From Convolutriloba macropyga (lineage: Eukaryota): a stretch of 64,000 bases of DNA. A model generated the notes under the pieces. It saw only the letters and a list, made by a program, of their open reading frames with translations, had not been told where the DNA came from and did not search any database. Location: contig NC_134475.1 of the NCBI RefSeq assembly GCF_964194025.1, positions 62,930,001 through 62,994,000 on the forward strand, written 5' to 3'. Of this stretch, positions 24,001 to 37,000 are shown in pieces. A program made the position numbers and the translations under genes. Each line of letters starts with the position of its first letter. The stretch's first letter is position 1.

Positions 24001-26900
24001 AAAATCGGCAGGATCATGCATCAAAACTGCATTGAGTTCTGGAATTTTCGGTTTCAAACGAATGAAAGTTTGTATTTCAGCGTCGTCGGTTTTTGAACTT
24101 TGCTCCTCAATTTGTCTGAATATTCCATCTGGTATTCCAGATTGCTTCAACTTATCAAGCATTTCAATGCTGACGTTTGCTTTTTGTTCAAGTAAACACT
24201 CGATATTTGCCAATGAACTGAGTGATACGTCAAGCGTTTTGGCTGTTGATTCAATTTCTATCTCTCTAATTGGCATTCTATCCGTCAACTTTAGTTTCAT
24301 TGTTTGCGATGGGTCAGTTTGCGACCTCGAAAGGAAATCGGCAGCGTAATTTTCACTGCCAGGAATGTGAGCGATAACAAGGTTGTATGACAAAACACGG
24401 TCAAGAAAATTCCATAGCGACGGCGGAATACTTTTTGCTTGGAAAAATTGGGTTAAACTTTTGTTGTCAGTAAGGACTATTACAGCTTTTTCCGTACCCC
24501 AAAGATAATGAGAAAAATGCTCAAGGGCAAAATAAAGTGCAAGAAATTCCTTATAGTAGACTGAGAATTTAAGCTGAGCGTTATTAAACAGTTTTGAACC
24601 AAACGCCACTGGCGCATAAGTTTTTCTGTTCTCATTTTTGTTGTTTTTAACATAATCCTCAATCATCAGTACAAAACCGGTGCCAAAATAACTGGCATCG
24701 CAGAGTAGAACATACTGCAATCCTGGTTTAGCTAATCTTAACGTTAAATCGGTTGCTTTTACAAGATCGGCTTTGACTATTTCAAGATGTTTTTCGTGTT
24801 CCTCTGTTAAGACAGGTTCAATATCCTTTCTCCGTAGCTTGTAGAAGGGCATGAGTTTATCTCCCAAGTTGGGTATAAAATCACGCCAAAACTGGACAAA
24901 ACCTACTAGACGCTTTACCTGTTTTGGTGTTCGGGGTAACTTGATTGTTTTGAGAAACTTTTCGATTCTTTTTGATTCTGGTTGTATACCTTCTGTTGTT
25001 ATAATTTTTCCAAGAAACTTGACTTTTTGCGTGGCAAATGTACATTTATTTGGTGAAAGTTTAAGACCTGATGTTCTTATGCATTCAAAAATTTTTCTGA
25101 GACTTGGAATCAACTCATCAAATTTTTTTTTACTGCGCTTCCTATGTCATCCATATACTGAGTGCAGATGTTTGCTGCAAGACAAGAATCTAAATAGTGC
25201 CTGATAAATGAACTGATTCCTGTTACGGACTTGCTTAGACCTTGTGCTAAACACTTGTATGCATGTGCGAGAGGAAAAATTAAAGGCTAAAAGTTGGACT
25301 GAAAGATCATCCGCCATTTGAACACAGTGGTATGCCTGCGAACAATCAAGTTTTGTAAATAAGGATTTTCCTGCAAAGTGATTTGAAGCATCGCTCATGT
25401 TTGAGATTGGAAAATTACTATTGATATAGTCATTTCTTAACAGATGATTGATACGCCTTAAGTCAATAAGAATTCTCAGTTTGCCAGAATCTTTGCGTTG
25501 CGCAAATATTGGACTACTGTACTTTGAATGTGATAAGGTCGTGATCAAATTATAGTAGTGCATCAATGCAAGTTCTACTGTGAGCTCATCTCTCAGGTGT
25601 ATTGGCGTTTGTGGACTTTGAACATAAACAGGAAGGTTATGCTCAGGTGTGAGTTTGATCTTTAACTCTGTGTTATAACCTACATCGAAACGGTGTTTAG
25701 CAAATATATCAGAAAATTCCACTAGTAACTTTTCTACCTGACATTTTTGCTCAAAGGTTAAAACAGAATTTTGCCAATCGAACTTTTCAAGAATAAGGTC
25801 ACGATCTTTTGCGTTATTCTTGAGGTCAATTTTATCAAGATTTTGAAAGTGCAGAATTTGATCATAAATATCACGCTGCAAAGGAGACAATTTGCTGGGA
25901 TTGTCACAGGTTTCAGGGCTCGGAAACCAAAGTTTTTCATATTCTGGTTTTGGTCTGGTTTGGTTCAGAGGCTGAAAGTTTTTTGTTTGAACAAGTTGAT
26001 TAATTTCAGCTTCCAAGTTTTCGTGGCTTTTCATTTTTGCCAAAGCAATAAGCTGGGGGTCTACATTAACTAGCCTTTCTGTTTGTTTTTCATTCAAAAT
26101 TTCAAAAAAGGCGACTTTTGAATCAACACATAGGGTTATTTTGTGGTCAGTAATATTAAGTGCTGAAATGAAAACAACTTTTTTCATCTAATGTGCTCAA
26201 GGATGATGTTAGAGCTATTTCCGTTTCGTTTTCAAACTGAGCGCAAGGTATTATTACTCCACTGCAATTTTCTAAATTAGGAAAGCTCTTGTCGAGACAA
26301 CATTCAAGCAATTGATGTGAGTTGGGCTGTAGTTCGTGTTTTTTACTCAGTAATAGGGGAATTTTCTTCAATTTTTTAGATGTTTGCCTCTTTTTATCTT
26401 TTGGCTTTATTTCATTAAGTTGTATTGTCATTTCAGGTAATTTCAGTAAATTATAAGCGGGACTAATGTCGATAAAATTTTTCTTGAAGAAAGGGTTTCC
26501 TAAACTGACGGTATTCATTGTTGGAAGAACTAAAAAACTATCACTGAAATGATGATTGCCAATTGTGAATTTTACTTTGATTTGCTGTTTTACTACAACT
26601 GGGGCACTTGAAGCTAACTTAACAGTGTTATAAGTGGGTGATTCTACCTCAAAACAAATTTGTTTTTTCTCGAAATCATTTAATAAGGATAATGGGATAG
26701 CGTTTGAGCAAGATCCTGAGTCAATTAAAGCTCTTCGGCGGAGACTATTATCAAATTTTATTCTAACATAGGAGAGTTTCTCCTTCTAGAGGGATTACTG
26801 CGCAAATATTATCCTCAATCTGCATGTCTGGGTCTAGTGAAGTATTTGCATGTAAAGATGGATTTGATGAGCTGGTATCTAATGGAACTTGTGGCTTATC
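21069..26900 (-). pseudogene. pol: pol (protease-RT-RNase H-integrase-macrodomain), several frameshifts/stops
   Basis: PR ALIDSGS (~26720); RT LRILIDLRRIN, KLDCSQAYH and QYMDD (~25150); RNase H LCDASY, KEFLAL, TDNKSL and ADFLSR; IN zinc region GH...CLTC; core IDLVGPL, SDLGSSF and VVERAH. Confidence 0.93.
21258..21680 (-). other. TARG1/OARD1-like macrodomain at the integrase C-terminus
   Basis: NRTVFNLITKNSAFERTSYPSLAACLSTLK...NIKKLAI...GLHWPHVCKII...IELHIFIL parallels the C-terminal two-thirds of OARD1 (RYIYYLITK...PTYENL...SL...L.W..V..MI...I.VY.L). The N-terminal GDLF and GAGIA loops are not recognisable. Confidence 0.7.
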
Positions 26901-28128
26901 TAGTTTTTTGAAGACCGTTGGAACGGAAAATTTGTTCCACCTCTGCGTCCACGTGATCGCATTGAGCAATTAGTTGCCAAATGATTTGGATAACCGCAGA
27001 TATGGCAAATGATTTGGGAATATTGAGTAACAGGAACATGTGTTTCCTCAATTGGTTGAAAAACTTGAACAACTGGTTGCTCATTACTTGCTGTTTGTTG
27101 TTCTTGGATCGGTTGAAAGTTTTGCGGCGTTGTCCCCGCAAACTGTGGAGCATTAGGAGTATATTGGAAATTATTTTGAGCAGGGAATGAGAACTGGTTG
27201 TTGAAGTTATTGAAACCTCTGTATCCTCTCGATCTGCCATAGCCTCGAAAATTTCCTCGACTTCGGTAGTTTGAGTTGTTATATGAACCATTTGTCCACG
27301 GTTTGAGCCTCTAAAACCATTTCCCCGAAACTGATTTCCAAAATTCTGACTTTGTGAAAATTTTTGCTCATCGAAACGTTTATTTTGCTCCTCGACTTGC
27401 TTACTTAAAGCGCTCATTCTATTTTCCATAGATTCCTGCGTTTGGCTAAGTTTTGATAAAGCATTTATCAAATTATCTGAAATTGTTGGACTCACTTCGT
27501 TAAAAGCTCCGTCAATATAGTCCTCTTTTTTGCAAAGATCGTGGATGGTCAGTTGCTTCCTAGCTAAGAGGCATAAATCCTCAACTGTTGTGTTGTCTGG
27601 TTGTTCCAACAACTTTGCTCTAAGCCAGCTAGGCATACATTTTTTGAAAAAGCGCTTCGTCTGATTTTGTCTCTCTTGTTGTGCAAAACGTAAATTCTCA
27701 TCATTTCTAGCATCTACGGCATCTTGAGCCACCTGATCCGCTCCGGGTGGATACGCCTCGGGTATGGGATCAGGATAAGCTTTCAAAGTCATATTTTGCA
27801 AGGACACAAGAAAGTTTTCTGGTGAATCAGTTTTTGGGTCGAAACGAACGTTTTCTAACTTGATTACATGCAACTCTTGCAACTGTGGGTTGCAGAAATG
27901 GTTTCTTAACGCCGTTAAACTTAGGGCTAAATCATTGCATGTCGCTTCTGGTAAAGTCTGGAAATATCTCAGAGCTGCATCTCTCAGATGCAATTGCAAA
28001 AAGTTAGCCTGTTGGGCTCCTGCTACTGCTGCAACTCCTATAATGCTTCTTAAAAGATGCTCGAACTCTCGAAAACTTTCTTTATATGTACCGCTGAACG
28101 GTTTTAAGGCAATGTTAGGTTGTGCCAT
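26896..28128 (-). pseudogene. gag: gag with CCHC zinc knuckle (frameshift near 27290)
   Basis: Capsid-like N-terminus LKPFSG...FREFE...LHLRDAALRYF; the shifted frame encodes CHICGYPNHLATNC (~27010-26965) and ends SKN*. Confidence 0.88.
26903..26909 (-). promoter_or_regulatory. Putative -1 ribosomal frameshift heptamer A-AAA-AAC at the gag/pol junction
   Basis: Minus strand tcA AAA AAC tag immediately before the gag stop codon. Confidence 0.7.
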
Positions 28129-28680
28129 TTTATGTGCTCTAAGTTTAAATGTTTAAGCTTTGTAGTGTAGTTGAGTTGGTTGAACAGTGGTTCAACTTGC
28201 CGAGGAATTAAGAATTTTTGGTGTAGTCTCTTGGCTTGATGGCCTTAGACTTATTTAGAATTAAGATTAGAGTAAATGTAAAAGTTTCGAGCTTGACTAT
28301 TTCTGATAATTATATTTCCTTTCTGTGATCAATGTTTCAAATCAGTTTTCATGATTCAAATCAACAGAATGATATCAGGAACAGATTGTGGTGTGGCGTC
28401 ATTATAAAAGCACTGTATTAATTCACTGCACAAAAGGTGAAATCTAACGAACCCTTGTAGTCACTATGTTGTTGCGTCTGCCTATCAGCGTCAGCTCTGG
28501 CCACAGGGATATTGGTCACATGAAATCACAATTCCACCAAGCTGCAGTTCTCACTGTACTGATTTGAAACTGTACTGATTTGGATGGATACCGCTCGTGG
28601 TTCTGTTTTAGCCCTTCAATTCCGAAGTTGACAGTGGTGAGGATCTTCTCGAAGGTATTGGCTCACTATCCTGTCGATTG

Positions 28681-28698
28681 TCGTCCGTTCTGTCACCA
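28681..28698 (-). promoter_or_regulatory. Primer binding site
   Basis: TGGTGACAGAACGG directly follows the 5' LTR; the priming tRNA is uncertain (Leu-like at best). Confidence 0.75.
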
Positions 28699-29261
28699 TA
28701 TCATGTGCTCAAATAATTAGTATTTGCTAGTGGTTGTTCATTTTGGTGGAAAGCAATTCTAGTTGATCAAATTGATTTGTTTACTCGAGTAAACTCTTTC
28801 AAATAACAACTTTTCTGGCAAGAACGAATACGTTGCTGAATTAACGATGGTTGTTCACAGCATTACAGCTTTAACAATTTAGCGAACGAAAATTGTGCTG
28901 AGCACCTATTACAATTTAACGATTTTTCTGTTATTATTCACTATTGGATAGCTTTAGCGGTTTGGATCTTCGAATGGGTGAGTCGACAATCTTTTTCGAC
29001 AACTGAAGATCTCCTCTGGTAAAAACTTTATTTCAGTAATACAACTGTTTATTAGCGAGCAACTATTTTGTCTGTTACAATTTTAATATCTTGTTATTTA
29101 CATTCGAATATAGGCAAATATTACAGATTTTTCCAAAGTTGATTGGAATTCAGTAGTAAAGTTCAATTATGTAATAATGTGAACAAAATGATGGCATAAT
29201 AAGAGTTAGTTCAATAACAGTAAAAGGTCAACGTTTGAACTTGGGTTTGAGCTACGTCATA
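28699..29261 (-). repeat. 5' LTR (563 bp)
   Basis: Direct repeat of 15766-16330. Confidence 0.96.
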
Positions 29262-29564
29262 GTGGTTCCCTGGCACCCGAGGAACAAAAACTCAAAAAAC
29301 GACAAAAACTTGACACTTGCAAATTTTAAGGCTAATAAAAAACTGCTAAATTATAGTGATATTAAAAAGTTGGAAACAACTCTACTGCCACTATAAAGTA
29401 TAAACTATACACTATTATAAGACCCTAGAGCGGGTTTTCTGGTCCCTCAGGGTGGAAACTCGAAAATACAAATTTAAAAACTGATCTGTTTATCACGTTT
29501 TGAAAGAGGGCTTTACCTGTTTATCACGTTTTGAAAGAGGAAAGTCATTGAAAAATTGTGAAAA

Positions 29565-29900
29565 CATCTTACAAAAAAACGTACCAGGACAAGTCCTGGC
29601 ATATAATTCAAAGAATTTCCATTGATTAAACAAAAAACTAGACCTAGAACGGACTATGACCTGATTGCAAAAACCATTTAGAAAAAAATGCCATCAAAAA
29701 ATAGAAACAGTAAGTCAAAGCAAAAATGCCGCATGTGAATTCACGCCGCAAAACCACTCGCTTTTTCGCTCCACTTCCTGTTTCGGCGTGTTTCGCTTCG
29801 ATTTGACTTCAAAAATCATGAAAATATGTGAATGGATCTTAAAATACAGCGCCCCAATAAAATTCAAATTCTTTGAATTTAAAAATATACAGAGCCCCAC
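29565..29900 (+). repeat. Dispersed non-coding repeat family; related copies at ~32760-33310 and ~36220-36370
   Basis: Shared blocks caggacaag(t/c)cctg, aaaactagacctagaacgg, tttcgctccacttcc, tttgacttca and cagcgccccaata. Confidence 0.75.
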
Positions 29901-30249
29901 CACAATCCAATTCTTGGATCGTAAAAAACCTGTAGAATGCAAACGCTCCTCTTCAAGTCGAAAAAAGACCACAGGACTAATCTAATATCAAACTTTGACT
30001 GCAAATTAGAAAAACGCAAATTTATCTGCTTCATGCTGGTTGAATCTACGAATAGGATTGATCTTAAGATCAATCAACATGTACCCAGACTTGTAAAAAT
30101 GCTTTACCTTTAATTGTATAACATAACTTAACGGCTGCCTGAGATACCTATAACTAAGGCTCGGTTCTATTCATTAACAGCTTTAACATAAAATTTAAAT
30201 TTAACGAGCACATAAATTTCCCCCAAGATAAAACAGATATAGCTATAGT

Positions 30250-31008
30250 TTATCGGCCAACTTGACCCAAAGACTGATCCGTTTTCGGATTCGCAGTAAT
30301 TGCTTGGGCAGCAACAATTGTCTCATTAATTTGGGTCTGAAGCTTTCGAAGTTCATTAATGTGGAGTAAACGCAACACTTTAGCTGCATCTTTCACTTGC
30401 TGATCATTAACTTTTAATCCAAGCTCAACATCTTTTAGTTGAACTGTAATTGCAGGTTCTCTATTAGTTGTAAATTCTTCAACCGCTTCTTCTCGGAGCC
30501 TCGCATCACAGAAAATTGCTAGAGCTTTTAATACATGAAGATGCTGTTCGTGTTGCATGACATTAACAATCTTGGCACTTTCCATAACGCCATTCACAAA
30601 CTCAGACGATGTTGGATCTAAACTGTTCAGAGCGTCAATAGCAGCCGCAGCTGCAGCTTTACCAGAAAAGGTTCCGCTAACAATATTTTCTTTAGTCATT
30701 GGGCGGTATTTATCAGCATTGTCGCCGTATTCATAACGAACAGCTAAGTTTAATAACCAATTAGTTAGTCGAGCTCTATCAGGCCTAACAACTTCAGGAC
30801 ATTCAAGGTCATTTAGGTAATTCGCAAATGCTGTTTCCCAATTTGTAGAAGAATAACTCCGCAATGCAGCTCGATCTTCCTCTTTATACCACCTAATTTT
30901 TTGATCTTCCAACCACACGATTAGCATTCGAAACTTGGCCTCGTCATTTGGGTCAAACGACTCCGTCACAACGTAGTCAAGAGCATCCAGTTTTGCCTTG
31001 AACTTCAT
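30250..31008 (-). CDS. RTRAF: RNA transcription, translation and transport factor (CGI-99/C14orf166, tRNA ligase complex subunit), single coding exon
   Basis: FKAKLDALDY, IVWLEDQKIRWY, WLLNLAVRYEYGD and LRLLHINELRKLQTQINETIVAAQAITANPKTDQSLGQVGR. ATG 31008 follows a TTTTCAG acceptor. Confidence 0.93.
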   Translation of the reverse strand: MKFKAKLDALDYVVTESFDPNDEAKFRMLIVWLEDQKIRWYKEEDRAALRSYSSTNWETAFANYLNDLECPEVVRPDRARLTNWLLNLAVRYEYGDNADKYRPMTKENIVSGTFSGKAAAAAAIDALNSLDPTSSEFVNGVMESAKIVNVMQHEQHLHVLKALAIFCDARLREEAVEEFTTNREPAITVQLKDVELGLKVNDQQVKDAAKVLRLLHINELRKLQTQINETIVAAQAITANPKTDQSLGQVGR

Positions 31009-34000
31009 GAAACCTGAAAAATTTTTTGGCAATAGAAACAAGAGAAATAGAACGGCGCCCGAAAACAAAAAGTATCCACCCCTAATTCAGCCGAATTAAG
31101 GCTTTATGTTGGTTGAATTAATTAAAATATGGCATGGTGAACAAAACGAAGGCTTGTTACTCGTTAAAAACAAGCAAAATAATGAGAGATGAAAAACGTT
31201 CCTATAGATGAAAAACGTTCCTAATGAACTATAGATGAAGAGTCACTTGTTACTGAGGTATTATTTATATTTGGAAAAATTGAAAAGCTTTCAAGACAGT
31301 TTTCAAGTCTTTTATTTCGACTGTTTTGCATCGTAATAATTTCGTGTTGTACTGATTGTTTCTTTGCAGTTCTGTACCTCGAGCGATATTGGTCCTTCGC
31401 ACCAGACCAGTGATCTCAGAAGCCCGTCCATACCGGGTTTGTACGCTTCGGGCAATTATTTTGAAAACAGGGAAAAACAAACATTGACACTTTTTTTGTT
31501 ACAAACTTTTGAATTCTTGCAATCTGCGTGGTCTCCATTATCAAATAATCTTGGTTTATATTGATCTAAAATTTAAATGTTTGCTGATTATTTCTTATTG
31601 CCAATCTTAATGTTTTCTCCGATCTCTGACGTTTCTTCCTCTCTCCATCAGCCTTTTAACTCTCGTTTTTTTTACCTTTTAGACAATAGTTAATCATCAC
31701 AAAAAATTGGTAAGACTTATGATACTTAGGTACGTACTACGCGCGGAATGACTGTTGTCATTCGCTCGCTATCAACAAATAATTGAAGAAAGGTTACATC
31801 GCTACACAGGAACAAGAACCAAATTCGTCCTTGACAAGTTAAAATGAACTTTCACAAATATACAAGCAAATATTCGGCTTGAATTAGGTATAGATCAGAT
31901 GAGAATGAGGCAGCAAAAAGATCATGTGACAGTGGGTACAGAAAATCCTATATTTGGTGCGACCATCTCCAAAGTCGAAATACGTCGATGGATTTGGTAT
32001 CGATATAGACATAAACAGCAAAGTAAAATATCACATTAAAAGTTTAGCAAAACGCAGTCTCTTTTCCTTTTTGTCAGTAGTCGAATAATGTAGGATAGGG
32101 CGGTTGTGTTAAGCGAGGTTATAAGCCTCTTTTCAACTAAAACCAAAAAGAGCCGGCAGATTGCCGGAAAATAGCCGCTTGCGGCCTTCCATGGAATTGA
32201 AACAACAAAGAAATAAGATAGAGAGATTGACTTCCAGTCCTTTAATAGACCACTAGACTTTTTAGGTTAGATTCGGTCTGTCATTTTTAAGAGACACATA
32301 CGCTCTAAAAGGAAAAATTCATCATAGAGCTTTTTCAAATTTAATATTCTAAATCAAAAACTCAAGACTCTATACTCAAGAATTAGGGCATTTACGTTTG
32401 GCACTACCTGGATGAACACTATTGATCTTTAACTAGTAAATGTTCATAAAATTTGAAGTTCATTAAGTGATTTCAGAAGTCATTTTGAAATGCCAGCTAG
32501 CAATTGCTTTAATGAACTTTGATAACCGAATGCACTATGACTTAATGACCGGGATTTATATGCTTATCCTAATTCTTTTGATCTTCTGATTTTGCTATTT
32601 TGACTTTGACCGTTTTCACTACATTCAGTAATTCGATGCGCGAATGAATTTAAAATCCATTCACTTGAAATAGTGAAATAAGGCACAAACCAAGCTTGAA
32701 AATTGCGACTTTTGTTAAACTAAAAACGTGATCAAATCGGAAAGCGAACTTAAAAAATCATAGCAGGACAAGCCCTGACGTACATTTCAAAAAATTTTTA
32801 TTAGACTAAAGGAAAAACTAGACCTAGAACGGAGTGGATTGGGAAAACCATTTCCAAAAAAAAAAACAGATCAAAAATTTTGAAAAAAACCAGCAATTCA
32901 AAGTCAAAATGCCTCATGTGAACAAAAAAACACTAGCGACAAATGGATATTTGGTTCAAACAAAAAACTGGTCCTAGAATGAACTATGAATGGATTGGGA
33001 AATTAATTTAGAAAAAAAATCCGATCAAAAAAATCGGAAAAAAAAACAGTAAACATCAAAGTGAAATTACCGCATGTGAAAAAACCACCAGCGAGAAAGC
33101 GAATTTTTGTTCAAACACCGTTTCTCAATCTACCTGAAAATTAGAGCGAAAAAATTTCACGCCCCAAAACCACTCGCTTTTTCGCTCCACTTCCCGTTTC
33201 TCGCTGGTGGACCAAAATCACTGCTCCAATTTGACTTCAGAAATCATGAACAGATCTTAAAAAAAGACAGCGCCCCAATACAATTCAAATTCTTTGAATT
33301 GTAAAAACCACGATTTCCCAAATAATAGACGCTATAAAAAAACATTTTTAAACGAATTAAGAGCCCGATATTTTTCTTAACTTGCATCATGAGTCTTGGC
33401 GACATTTTTTTCAAACTGTTCACTCCTTCAGTTCAATTGCGAGGTGAAATGCTCAGAACATTTTTTGCTACGCTGTAAACAGCTGGTCCCTAAAAAATAT
33501 GTTTTCATAATGTGAAAAACCAATTAACTGTTTTTTAAAAAACATGGCAAAACGCTCAATGCGACACAGACATTGTGAGCAATTTAATAATTAAGCCCAA
33601 TTTTGTCCCCAATTTCAGCTCCCAACTCTCACAGCCCCCACTTTGTACCCTTCCCGTTTCCCTTTGCCAGGGATCCAAACTTGTGAACTACAAAAAAATA
33701 AAACGTTGTATTGTTAATATAAGTTACTGGACACCTTTCTAACTGGAACAATTTTGGCAACAATATCGAAAAAAAACAAGACTTTCCATTGATAAAAACA
33801 GAAAGAAAATTATACGCAGAAATTCAATTCTAAGCAACGAGTTCCTAAAATTTCTTTAAAATTTTCACCAACCCCAAATTAGTGGGCATCAAAAAATATT
33901 TAGACATGATTTTAGGCGGATACAAATTGCTCAAATTCCGGCGGTTTTTCCCAATTTTCTTTTTCAAAAATCATTTTTCTTTTTCCCCATTATTTTTTGT

Positions 34001-37000
34001 GTAGGGTTCGTTTTGTTTTCAATTTAGACGTTCTTTCAAGTCCAATTTCAAGCACCAATACCTTTCTAGCAAAATAATGTTTCAATTAAAACCCTTTTAT
34101 GACCTTTAGATTTAATAAACGAATGCAGAAGTTTATTGAGATAAAAGACAAGCATACACAAACAAAATTATCACATGATTGAACTAAAGTCCAAGAGAGA
34201 ATGAAATAACAAATAACTGCCCATAAAAAATCAGCTACTGAATATTAAACGTCAACGAAAACGTCAAAGTTTGCCTTCTTGGCAAAAACTTTAAAAGAAA
34301 CCACACCTAAAAATGCTTAGCATTACATTCGGAAAACATTTTAAAAAGTATCAAAAACCTCGAAAAACAGCTGCCAGTGAAAAGTTGTGACATATTCGCA
34401 GACTTGTTATTTCATCGCGCAATGAAAAACTTCTAAGAGAAATTTCATATTTTCAGATTGCTGCGATGTCAATTTGATTTAGAAGAATTTGGATAGCTAA
34501 GTATTGTAACTACAGTTTCTGTACTTGCGCGCAAAAAACCTTTATATAGATTGAGATATCATCAGTTGATCTTAAAATCTTCAATTACAGTAACCAAGAG
34601 TCCGATTAAAAACAATTGTGAGAATGTGGTAGGTTATGTGTCACTTAAACCCTATCTACGCTAATGAACACAATCGCTTCAACAAGAGTGAAAAGTGACG
34701 CCATGAACGCAGCTAAGTTAAAAATACACGAAAAAACAGATTGTAACTGAGCGTGACCTCACAGTTCAGTAGACCTGCATTATAAAAAACAAGTTAAAAA
34801 AGGTTTCAAGGAAAGAAATTTCAGTGCTGAGATATCAATTTGATATAGACAAAATCGTATAAATTAAAAAGTCCTTTCTATTAGCTGCTCTTAAATAACC
34901 TTCAATTACAGTGCCATAAACTCAGTTGCGCCTATCTACAGTTAAAGTGCATAGAAGTTTCTTTGCGAGTTAGAAAAATCATTTTTGAGGTAACTGAAGC
35001 CAGTTAATCACGCACGCGATTCAGTCGAGATTGCACGAATAAAAGAACAAAAGCAGACAGAGCGTGACATCATAGTGGTAGCAAAAATGTCGAACAAATA
35101 AAAACAAACATACCAGGAGAAGTCCTGAATCACAATCAAAACAAATAGAAGATCTAATAACATGTCTAAGTGACAACCTAACAAAAAAAAACAAAATGAA
35201 AACGAACAAGTTTACTGAAACAGTTTCCAAAAAATAACAATCACCTAGAATAACTAAGTTCACTTTTGCATTATCAAAAACCTAACATCACCTGTTATTA
35301 CTGAGACTATCTGCCTACGCGACGAAAACGACAATAAATGCGGGCAAAACAAAAAAATTCACTAATGTTATGAAAGGAATCAAAACCCATTAGCAATTAT
35401 TTTGAATCAATAACTAGATTAATTCATGCTTTCTTGGAAAACCAATGTGACCGCTTATCATTGGAACTATCTGAAAAGACTCAAAAAAGAAAAACAAAAC
35501 GGTTCAATTGCATAGTGCATTAATATTTTATGAAAACGCATAATACCGAGATCAATAAAATCTTTAGCTATCAACAGCCATTTTTAGTACGTTCAATTGC
35601 ATTTCATTAATAACCCAATATGACCAGTCATTAGAGCGACTAAAAGAGAAGACAACAAAAAAATGCAAAACTCAAAAATGGCGGGAGTTTTTTTGTAAAC
35701 AAAACTACAAAATCATAAAACCATTATCCGCCTATTGAGCGATTCAAAAAAAGCAACTAAGCAGTATTGGAAAACCTGGGTCGCCTTTAATATCCTTACT
35801 GAAAAAAACGAGCAAAAACCGTGAAAACAAACAAAAAAAGAGCACGCGAAAAAAATTCTCAAAAACCGATAACTTGTTCAACGCATATTTCTCACTCCAG
35901 TTTAAAAGCAGATCGCAAAAGTTCAAGAAACCAAGTTGACTTCTCCTCAAAAAGAAAGTCAAAAACGTGTGAACAGATCCTTAGAAAATTAGAACCCTAA
36001 AACAATGTAAATACTTGAGATTGTAAAAACCGAAAAAAATCAATAATAGCTCGCTTTCGCAGCCATTAAAACAAAAATAAGGCACAAAATAGCTGTGCTC
36101 AGATTTCACTAATTTTAAAAATCGATTGAAAAATCGAAGTCAAATTCTCTGGCATGAAAAAAATGCTATCAGAAAAGCTGACTTTGCTAAAAGTTCTTTA
36201 ATTGTGCTTAACTTAAGTGAAAAAAGCTCTTCGCACACCCTGTCGCTTTTCAGCTCCACTTCCCTTTTCCCGCGGCCAAAACAAGCACTCCCATTTGACT
36301 TCAAAAATCATCCAATATTTTAAAAAGACTGCACCCCAAAACAAATAAAAAATTTTTGAATTATAAAACGTAGCCGGAAGACTCCGGAATGGAGTCAAAG
36401 CGTAACTTCAACAGAAGCCAACATCCTTCTACAGTAAAAAAAATATTTTATTCAAACGAGGTCAACATAAACAATTAACGTCGGGTGAAGTGCTCTCAAA
36501 CGACTGGCGAGTAAGTTGTGGGAGTAAAGCGTACTGATTGCGAGTGAAATGAGTGGAAGGGGTGGGGGTGTGGATTGTGCGGATGGGATGGGAATGTTAC
36601 TGGGATTCAACAATTAAGAACTGCGCTTCATACTATGAAATTATGCCTCCCTAACAGTTTCAGTGAATAGTACATTTAAAAACTTATAAGGTGTAAGTCT
36701 CTAAGAGAATTGCTCAGCAACTTAATGTTTTTCTATCTCTACACTTAAAACCCTCTCCTAAAATCTCAAAATATAAAATTGAAAAATGATTCTCAACTTA
36801 CTGTCTTACTGTAGGATATATGCATTGTTAATCAATGACTAAGAATTATTAGACAAAATAATATGAACAATAATCACAACGAAAAAGGGAAAAGAAACAA
36901 AAATTGAAAATCTGTTATAAAATTTCTTAGAATTCCTTACAAGTTCCAACAATTTTTCTCCCAAACCCTTTAAATGCCGTTTCTGTAAACTCAGTAGTCA

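Larger units (their letters stand above)
15766..29261 (-). mobile_element. Full-length env-containing Ty3/Gypsy (Metaviridae)-type LTR retrotransposon / endogenous retrovirus-like provirus, 13.5 kb
   Basis: Paired LTRs; TSD GTGGT at 15761-15765 and 29262-29266; PBS and PPT; gene order gag, PR, RT, RH, IN, env. Confidence 0.96.

Noticed and set aside
22117-24349. Plus-strand ORFs over pol (e.g. 23843-24349)
   Set aside because: Antisense shadows of the pol frame with no motifs or splice pattern, unlike 19424-20760.
29486-29540. Tandem 24-bp duplication (a similar small one lies at ~31187-31222)
   Set aside because: Ordinary local slippage duplications.
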